This document shows positions 54,038 to 64,000 of a stretch of 64,000 bases of DNA, piece after piece (position 1 is the stretch's first letter; every line of letters begins with the position of its first letter). Source of the stretch: Octopus vulgaris (lineage: Eukaryota); the NCBI GenBank assembly GCA_951406725.2, contig OX597818.1:6944001-7008000 (forward strand), written 5' to 3'. A model generated the notes under the pieces. The model searched no databases and had not been told where the DNA came from. It saw only the letters and a program-made list of their open reading frames with translations. Position numbers and translations under genes: made by a program.

Positions 54038-55061
54038 TGCCTAGGAAGCTCCACGATGTCAAAGGCGATTGATGGTTGTTATTGTCGATATGCTTGACCG
54101 AGAAAACCTATGAATAAGAATTTTCTATCCATGACCGTCGCATTAGGAAAACTTTATACATCGTGATGTATTTTCTTTTCGAAATTTGTGCGAATTGACC
54201 ATTACATTCGAGATTTGACTGTTCAAACGACCGCTACCTTGCTGCCACGGTAGCATGAAATGCAAGCAGTCGGTCTCATACTGGCTATCTAGCTGCTTCT
54301 TCTGTATTCTTTCTTTCACTGTGCAATGCGATAACATCGAAAGCGTGTTTTATCTATACTTATACGGTAATTACCATCATTATGATGGAAATAATGTGAA
54401 CTTATTGTGTTTTTCAAGCAAATATAGTATAATTCCCATTGAAATATTTAGTAGTCAATCAGCAATTAGTTCGTCGCATGACAAAGGACACAGTGTCCAG
54501 CCATAAAATAGAGATTACGAAGAGAAATAAACATAGTAATGTCTTATTGAGATACAGTACAGATGTTACATATGTCCCTATAACCAAGATGTTAAAGCAT
54601 TAGTTCTAGCAATAAAACTTATTAATGTGTATATAATAAGGTAATATTTCCATGCTGACATATATCAAGAGAAGTGCGATGAAATATGCAGTAAATAACT
54701 TATTTGATAGTAATCAGAAAATCTGCCTATCATAAATTATATTTGTTGAGAGTCGGTAGAGAAATAATGGTTTCTTATGTGTCTAATATACATACCACAT
54801 TTGAAAGACAAGAAAATGTGTGAAGTTTGATGAGAGTTGATAGAAATCTTAGAAATGTCTTCATCACTTGATCAAAATTTCATGAATCAGCAATATATGA
54901 CGTAAACGACAGAGAAAACAAACATAAATAAATTATCTCGTTAATACATAATAACGCAAACGCATGGGGTTGATTTAACATCAGCAGACAGGTTCATAAC
55001 AGGTAATTAATCAGAATATGTCGAAGCGTGTGCGCTCTCTCTCTCTCTCTCTCTCTCTCAG

Positions 55062-55120
<59 letters not shown>

Positions 55121-55217
55121 CCATAGTGAGCACATGATTGCGAAACAAAGTGGGAAAAATAGTACTCGCATACAAGAGGTAGAGTAGCATGCTTTATTAG
55201 AAAGTAGCAAAAATATC

Positions 55218-55268
55218 ACAAAAACTGTTACTCAGAGTTTCACGTTCCCGTTCATTGGACAGTTTTGT
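55218..55268 (-). ncRNA. Degenerate minimal hammerhead (Penelope pLTR relic)
   Basis: Minus strand: aaaactgt-CCAATGA-acg ggaa cgt-GAAACTCTGAGTA-acagtttt. All three stems are intact and the core has two substitutions. Confidence 0.7.
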
Positions 55269-55317
55269 GTAGAAAACATAAATCCGAAAGAAGAACACTC
55301 TAATATGTAGAGCAGTA

Positions 55318-55579
55318 TATACTAAAAGTTGGGCAGGCCGATTTATGGGATTACCTTAAGTTTCCCGTCCTAAAAAGGTTTAGCTTTATAGTATATCGTC
55401 AGAGCCCCAAAACCTGTTGGCCCAATATTTCATCGTATAGTGTCTGCATTTCCTCCTCAATGTATTTTGAGAGGCCCTGGGCCAACTGGTTTTTGGTATC
55501 TGACGATACGCCATATATTTAAACACTTTATGTTCGGGAAAACTAAGGTAATCCCATAAACTGGCCTTCCCCATTCTTA

Positions 55580-55584
<5 letters not shown>
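55318..55584. repeat. Diverged inverted repeat; each arm carries a degenerate hammerhead
   Basis: Arms at about 55318-55426 and 55478-55584. Both read CTGACGA...cggGAAA..aagGTA-atcccataaa outward. Confidence 0.7.
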
Positions 55585-55671
<87 letters not shown>

Positions 55672-55750
55672 AAGTCAAGGTAGGAAATGCTAAAATAATT
55701 TTATAAAAAACATTTCAGATATCGATGGCCCCAAATAGGGACCGTATCAG

Positions 55751-55803
<53 letters not shown>

Positions 55804-56124
55804 TTCAAAATTATAATAAACGCAGAGAACAGTTGAAAAAACAATAAACAAAGTGTATTGGTTTAATGCTCAGGAACAATGGTAGAAGCTTTAACGTTTT
55901 CAACCTACACTCTTCTACAGAAAAGAAAGGGGAGAGAAAACATAACTGAACTGGTTATTAGTATTACTATGCCTAAGAGAAATCACAACATACACACACT
56001 CACACGCATATATTACATAATTTACTTCGGAGTTTCTATGATAATCTAAGTATCGATAAACACTGAACAAGCTAGTATTTCTAACGATATAACTTAAAAA
56101 CATACATGTTTACTATGGACTTGC

Positions 56125-56626
56125 GGTAACGCATGCACAATTGTTTGAAATTGTGGGCCCTCACTTCAAGGAAGTTTCCATGACCGGACAACAGTTTGTG
56201 CTCATGCGCGGAAGTGACGTGTTCATTTTTGAATTTCTACTTGGCAAACATTGCACATTCAAACTTCTTTAATACTTCCTTTACTATCTGTGTGTGATAT
56301 AGGCCATTAAAATAATTTGTTCGTTGCATTTTTCTTATATACTTATTTTCATTAATGGCTTACGTTTTTAAGCCTTTTTTAGTTACTGACAACGTTTTAT
56401 GTTGAAACATTTTCGTTGGATTTACACTTATTATTACAATTTATGTTTCACTGTATTTTTTCCAGTTAATATTCCTCATTTATTCATAGCTTTTATTCTT
56501 AATTTTAAACGCACGTTCTCTTAAATGCTTTGCAGTATTTCATTTTATAGTGTCTGCATTTTCAAATATTTCTATGCTTTACAATCATTTAGCTAATAAT
56601 ATTTCATTGCTTTAACTACGGTAAGT
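56125..56626 (+). promoter_or_regulatory. Candidate promoter and non-coding first exon
   Basis: gctcatgcgc (NRF1-like) abuts the ETS-CRE composite CGGAAGTGACGT (56209-56220). A T-rich stretch follows, then the donor ACG|GTAAGT at 56621. Confidence 0.45.
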
Positions 56627-57286
56627 ACACATTTTTCTTTTCATCACAAGAAGTACTAAGAATACATTGCGATTAAATATACTGATACCGACTTACTTTC
56701 ATTTTGTATGCAACGATATTTGATCACATAACTGCATATTATATACAAAAAACAACAACACTTCTTTCGTTCGATTTGCATCAAAAGGGAAAAGGGTAAT
56801 AATGTGGGCGAAGGTGAAGAATACGCACACCACTCGTTTTCGGAGTTTAGGGTTAGGGTTATGGTTACACCGAAAACTGGTGGTGTACGTATTCTTAACC
56901 TCCGCCAATAATATAAAAGACAACGGGTCAATTTTTCACTACACATAAATGCATAGAGGAAAGCGGTATTTACGATGATATTCCGTGTAGTAACGAGTAC
57001 TAACTGTATTAAAAGGCATTGAAGTGTAACTAATGTAGGATAAAATTGTTTCCGGAAAAAAAATAATTTTATCAATGGCCAGCACGTGTCTTACGTATCT
57101 ATCGCTGAGGAGGGGAAAATTCTTATGAATTAACCCTGAAATTGGAACCAATACGGTAATAACGGAATTTTTTAGAAATTTCTTTCGGCTTGTTTCGAGA
57201 CGCATAATGGTTATTGAAATTTTTGTCTATTTTCGGCATATTTGGCATTAGAATTTTTCTTTTGTCCTTATTTTATAAGTTATATG

Positions 57287-57403
<117 letters not shown>

Positions 57404-57440
57404 ATATATATATATGTATGTATATATATATATATGTATG

Positions 57441-57472
<32 letters not shown>

Positions 57473-57834
57473 TGTATGTATATAGAGAGATATAGATATA
57501 GTGAATTTTGGGAATTACACTCACGCGCGTTTCACTAAGAAAATATAAAACCTCGTATTTTTTTGTGTGGAATCAAGTATCCTGACCTCCTAATGTGTCG
57601 CAAAACACTTTTCTCCGGAAAACAGGGGTGGGGGTGGAACCCTCGGAAATTGCATCTCCCCTGTTTTCTAGATGCCCTTCCTGACGCCAACCACGCCAAG
57701 AATGTAGTGGGTGCTTTTTGCATGCCACCAGCACAGGGGCCTGTCTGGTACACTGACATCAACCACATTCGAATGGTGTTTTTAACGTGGCGCAGGTACT
57801 GGCATATATAATATGCGGCCTATGCCGGTACTAG

Positions 57835-58000
57835 TGGCACGTATAAAGCACCCACTACACTCTCGGATGAGTTGGCTTTAGGAAGGGCATCCAGCAGTAG
57901 AAACCTCGCCAGAACAGATTGGAGCCTTGTGCAGCCTCCTTGCGTGCCAGTCCTCAGTCTAATCATCGAACCTCATGCCAGCATGGAAAGCAGACGTTTA

Positions 58001-58030
<30 letters not shown>
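57835..58030 (+). mobile_element. Octopus SINE 3' half with (GAT)n tail
   Basis: gtggcacgtataaagcacccactacactctcgga..gttggctttaggaagggcatccagc..catgccagcatggaaagcagacgttta(atg)n. Confidence 0.85.
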
Positions 58031-58066
<36 letters not shown>

Positions 58067-60232
58067 GATGATATATAATATATATATATAATATATATTG
58101 AAGGTTTAAGTAATATTCGTGTATTACATGAAAGATAACGTGTGTGTGACAGAGAGAGGGAGAGAGAGTGCCACTTACACACACCTTCACTCACTCACAA
58201 CCCCCCCTCCCAAACATACAAAAATGAAACGCATTATTTACCTGATTAAAGTTTCGGCGCATATTTGCAAAGGTAAACTGGATTATTTTTCAAATCTATT
58301 TTGCAATCTGGGATTAATAAACCCAGTGATTTAAGGTATTTTGTTTTAATATTATACTTGTACTTGTTTCACACACACACAAACACAAACACACACACAC
58401 GCACAGACACACACACACACACACACTCACACACGCACACACAAATTAACGTTTTTTTAGATGAATCATTCATTAGCTCTCCTGCCTAGACTTCGTTACC
58501 ATTAAATTCTATAACTTCAGCATTTTCACTTATTCTTTTGAAACTTGTTTGAATTTTCAATCTAATGTAATCCACACTCTCGAAAATGTATTTCTGCAAA
58601 ATGTTATCTAAAAATATGGGTAAAGAAAGAAACAGCAAAAAAAAAATTTCCCCCGTGAAAATGGCGGAGTAGGGGGTTTGAAATTTCTGAGAGTTCCCCA
58701 CCACCAAAACCACCACCACCACCACCACTGCACTCCCGTTTTCCGGACAAAAATGTGTTTTCTGGCATATTAGGAGGTAACCGTAATTCATTCAACGAAA
58801 AAAAGTATTTCCAATGAGTCTGGGTAAAAATCGGTGTCTGGTTTCCCCCACCTGCAAAAATCCGAGGGTTTTTTTTTTAGTGAAGCGCGTGCCGGTGAAC
58901 TCCCCAAAATTTACCGAATTATGGTTATATGTAAAAATACATGACCTCCTGATCTACAGCACACAAACACATTATTAGAACTCATATCATTATGGTTCCT
59001 AAATATATTGTCTAAAAATCACAAATTCTAATTATTATTTGAACCTTTCTTTTAATTTAGCAAACAGCCATTCTTAAGTTAGTGAGAGAAGATATTAATC
59101 TTATAATCATTTAGCTTGACAATAATAATTGCATAAAGCTGCGAAATATTATGTATATAGAAACAAACATTTGTTGCAAAAGCGGTTCTCTCGTATTTCA
59201 AGATGGGAAAGAAAGAAATACTTCTTTCGTCTTAATTAGTATAGTTAGTGAAGATAATAATTCCCCTCATTATTGATAACATCGTCCTATCCATTTTGCA
59301 AATTGTTGACATCTCAGACGTTAGAGTCTTCAGGTTTCGAAGCAAAGAAGCACTCAATATCGTTTTAAAACTCTTCACAATTAATAAATGGTTTTCCCTC
59401 TAAATAAAATTCCAATAATTAAATAGCTGAAAGTCAGCAGAGTAAACTGGATGAAGCAAAACGTCCATATCCAGTGCTATATTTTTTTCTGGAAAACTTG
59501 AGCAATATGTAATCCTGCATTATTATATCAGATTGCCCTATGGTGGGTCAATACTTTCAGTTGACCACAATTAATCTCCACATTAGCTGTTTCGTTTTTG
59601 TTTAACACTTCATGATACAAGATACTCTTCGTATCCCACTAGATACAAAGCATAACTTCGTGCGGTTGCAGTCCTGGTTTGAAGATAGATTCGCCTTTTC
59701 ATGAGAAGCCATCCATTATTGTTTTCGCTGGATATTGTTGTAGACAAGCAATGTTTCATAACTTCTGATAATTACACCCATGGATAGTTCAGTAACATGT
59801 CTACGCCTGAATGACAAACAGAGGGAAAATCTATGATTAAACTGAGACGTAGTCTAATCAAAATGGACCCACAAACCAAGTTTAGACATTTTTCTCTAGT
59901 CTATGAATGCGTTTTATGATTGGAGAGTATGTTGAACAGAACTGCTTTCTAATCAGAATAAATGCATTAGAATTTTAACATTAATGTTTAATGTACTATC
60001 TTGAAAAAGTACTTTCAAGGTGATCGCATCAAAAATGCTACATGATATTTTGCCTACCTAATACGTCTCTTAGATATTGTTTTACAGAAGTGAGTAAAGG
60101 TTTAGAAATCTACCAAAAGTATTCACCCAGGCAATGTAACCAATGTTAAAAGCACCATTTTAACACTTTTCATATAAATGAATAAAAATGGAGACATTCT
60201 GCTTTAGTTTTTCATTTAAGTATATAAATTTA

Positions 60233-60304
<72 letters not shown>

Positions 60305-61279
60305 ATAGGTGTTAGTGTATTCTTTGATGTGTGATAGCGTTTATGTCAGTGTACTCTTGCCCATGTGTTTATGCACACATACATAAATAGTTTATATACA
60401 TGTGTGTATGCGTATGCATATATTTATATATTTTTGACAGAGCCAAATCTAGAATAATTTTAAAAGAATAAAATCCTGTATGCATATGCGTATGCGTATA
60501 TTTATATATATGCCCTCAATGTTTGTTTTTTTGTCCTGCTTTTATTCTTTATGCGTACTGTATTTTTTTATATTTGTATTTTTATTTTGTATTCGTATTT
60601 TTATTTGTATTTTTATTTGTATTGCTTTTACGTCCTGTTCTTGTCACATTTTTTTCTTTCCTTGTTTTTACCCCTCTGCAAGGGAATTTTATTTAATTCC
60701 CTCGCAGGAAGGACGGTCCGACGAGCGTGTTCTGTCCTTACCTTCGAAACACGCATGGAGTCGAACCGGGGACAGCTGATGAAGGGGAATGTTCCTTGTG
60801 TTGTTTATCCTGAGTTCTGTTTTTTCGTTGTTAAAAAAAATCCATTCCTCTGTTTTTATGTTTTCGTTTCTCGTTGAGTTCTACGTCTATTTGTGGTGTC
60901 CTGTACTCACATATATATATTTATATATGCATGTATATATACATGTAGATGTAGGTTCGTACATATATGTATGTATGCGTATATTTTATTTATTACATTA
61001 TTGTATGACTGAGCGCCCTCGCGTCGTTTCGTTTCGTTTCTTTCCTTTCTCCCAGTATGTTTATATATATATATATAATGTATCTATATTCAGTAGTATG
61101 CTTTGGTGCAATACACATTAGCAGAAGATGTCCAATTGTTATGTATATGTTACCTTACATATCTACGTAGCGTACGTATTAAATGTATTCAAAAGGACAA
61201 TGTTTATGATTATTCCGATGTGGTTATATGTGTATGTATGCTTGTGTGCATGTGAGAGGTGTGTTTGGGGCGGGAAGAG

Positions 61280-62330
61280 GAAATGGACAGTTAATTAGAA
61301 AGAGACAAATTAGCGTTTTCGACACTTTGTGTTACCTGCTTTCAATGAAGTTTACAAAGCTGCCAAATTCGCTCGAGTCATTTGTTCTGTAAAGGGAGAA
61401 ATCACTACTATTGCAAGAACGGTACAAAATTGGTTTTCACGCTTCAAGAAGAGAAAATTCTATCTCCCGACATTTAGTATTCCAGCCGATCTGCTTGGTC
61501 CAATGAGGATCGATGGAAACATCTTGTCCACCAGGATCCAAGTTTGGTCTATAAGGAATTGATCCAGCAGATGGAATACTTCCATGTTACTATCGACCGT
61601 CATCTTCACCTGATGGTTAGGATCCTAAAACTGAGTGCATGGGTTCCACACGCTATGAAAGAAAGTGAGAAACACCAGCGTTCTTCGATTGTCATCAGTT
61701 TGTTCGCTCGGCACCAGGGTATTCATGAGCCCAGAGATTGTGTTACCCTGTAGTCACCGGCGACGAAAAAGAGAGTCTTTACTTCAATATAACGCTAAGA
61801 AAACAATTGGTGACTCCCGAAAAGCCAGCCCAGTCTCGAAGCAAGACAGAGTTCTATCCATGCAAAACAATGATATGCACAAGGTAGGGCTGGGAAACAA
61901 TAATCAACTATGATATGTTTTAATACAACTACTGCCAATGCAGAGCTTTACATTCAGCAAATGCAAAGGAACTTTGAGAAAACCGGGCTGAAACGAACCG
62001 ACGGGTGTCACTGCCTGCTTATTCAACACGCCAACACTCGCCACCTCGTCGCTAATTTAACCACAGCTGCTATTCAACTGATCGACTGGGTAGCACCCAT
62101 GCATTTTCCAGTTATAACGCATTTTCGATTATTGCTTTTTTCGATTTCCCTCCAAATATCTGCTGGGCGTTTTGCTTTTGAAACCCATACGAAGTGAAAC
62201 TGAAATCACGGCTGAAAAATCATTCTAGTCAAGACCAGTGATTTCTCATCAAAGCACTAGCAAAGTATTGGAAAGTTGGAAAGATGGCGTGAATAATGAA
62301 GGAGAATGTGTTAACCGAATCGTTAAAATT
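61280..62330 (+). mobile_element. Mariner transposase pseudogene
   Basis: TVQNWFSRFK, LSAWVPHAM, VTGDEK and QHANTRHL (HDNARPH-like), in transposase order and spread over several frames. Confidence 0.9.
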
Positions 62331-62419
62331 AATTAAAAATAATGATTAAAATAAATGGAAGAAAGAATTTGTCTGGGAAGCTCATATATACATATACATA
62401 CATACATATACAGATAGAA

Positions 62420-62473
<54 letters not shown>

Positions 62474-62522
62474 TTATATAAACACACACACATATATCTA
62501 CACATATATATATATATATATG

Positions 62523-62589
<67 letters not shown>

Positions 62590-62623
62590 ATATAAACATA
62601 CACACATATATATACACACACAC

Positions 62624-62681
<58 letters not shown>

Positions 62682-62988
62682 GCATATATGGCTTCAGGAC
62701 GTCACCAACTGCGCAAACAACATGAAATAGGTAAACAAACGTGTTAAATACGTAAACAACGAGAGTGAAAATGGAAAACATTTGTAAACATAGAGAAAGA
62801 ACCCTTCACCAGTTGTCGGCTGTCTATCTACTCCTCATTTCGAGCATCCATATATATATACCTATAAACATACATATATATGTATATACATGTATGTATA
62901 TGTATATACATACATATATATGTATGTATATATATATACATACATATATATATATATATTGTATGTATATGTATAAGTATATATGCAT

Positions 62989-63023
<35 letters not shown>

Positions 63024-64000
63024 CATAATTAAATATATAAGAATCTAAAATTTAATATATATACACACACACGCACACACACATACATTGCTTTTTTATG
63101 TATGCGTTGTATTTATAAGTTTACGTGTAATTCTTATTTTCTTCCTTTTATTCTCATATTATCAGTTGTGCTATTGTCGATATTGTTGTCAACTATTGAT
63201 TCTGTAAGAATATTAGATTAAACCTGACAAGAAATTATGTTGACGAGAAATTAAACTCTACATGGCAAACACAAAAGTAACGTTACTGATCAGCTTTTAT
63301 TAACTGTGTTAAACGTTAAATTATTTTTCTTCGGAAATTACGTGTTTTTTTCCTTTTTTTTTCCTTTTTCTTCAATTGTAACGAAAATAATACAAACATA
63401 TTGGAATATCAAAAGTTATGTTTACGAAATAACTGTTGTACATCCTACCACATCCCTTGTGTTTTAACGAGGTCATAATTCAATTACACATTGTTAATTT
63501 TATTGAATTTCCAACAAGCTAATCCCGACCATCTGTCAACCAACCACTAATCAATCGAATAGAAATATCAAGAACAATTATTGCTTTCTTATTGTTTTTC
63601 CATTATCTTATCATGAGGGACTGAACATGAAATTAATTTCTGTCTTCTTTGGAAAACTTTTAAACAAACGTCATTTTGTTAAAGTTTCTGTCCATATTTT
63701 GGTACACAGAATGCTTTTCCTGAGTTACTTTGACAGTGATCGCATTCGTTAAAACAGTAAATGCATAGGTATATGTTTACTTAAAATTCCTCTGCTTTTA
63801 AAAGTAAAACTCAGTAAAACATGTATCGAAAATAGAAATTATGGAATATCGATAGAGCAAAGGTTATGAATAAGTATATATAACTGTATTGATAACTATA
63901 CGTATTAAAACGTGGTACGTAATTATTTTCCATGAGTATGCTTTCATATTCTTCTGAAATTATACATCAGGAGATGAGGTCAATATATCTATCAGCACAT

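Noticed and set aside
56845-56866. ttagggttagggttatggtta (similar at about 24058-24081) as telomere or telomerase template
   Set aside because: Only about two exact units, no pseudoknot or H/ACA context, and such motifs are common inside DNA-transposon relics.

Overview
AT-rich eukaryotic DNA, most likely an octopus (cephalopod) genome, judged from dense (TA)n/(CA)n/(TAGA)n microsatellites and recurring octopus-type SINEs. I found no intact protein-coding gene: almost all listed ORFs are microsatellite translations or decayed transposon frames. The window is mostly decayed transposons: Penelope-like elements (Naiad- and Neptune-type), Tx1/L1, RTE, R4/Dong and CR1-like LINEs, mariner relics and MITEs, a Helentron-type non-autonomous element, and SINEs. 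Four signals stand out. (1) A Naiad-type Penelope element has an in-frame TGA at a conserved zinc-finger Cys (CN-TGA-R), and its downstream hammerhead ribozyme also folds like a type-2 SECIS. (2) About nine loci carry hammerhead or hammerhead-like motifs, including an apparently intact pair inside a perfect 202-bp inverted repeat. (3) A CpG-rich, strongly structured ~400-nt segment at 48.4-48.8 kb heads an apparently non-coding spliced minus-strand transcript. (4) A ~12-kb CpG-depleted block has no ORF. All calls were made by eye, and element boundaries are approximate.
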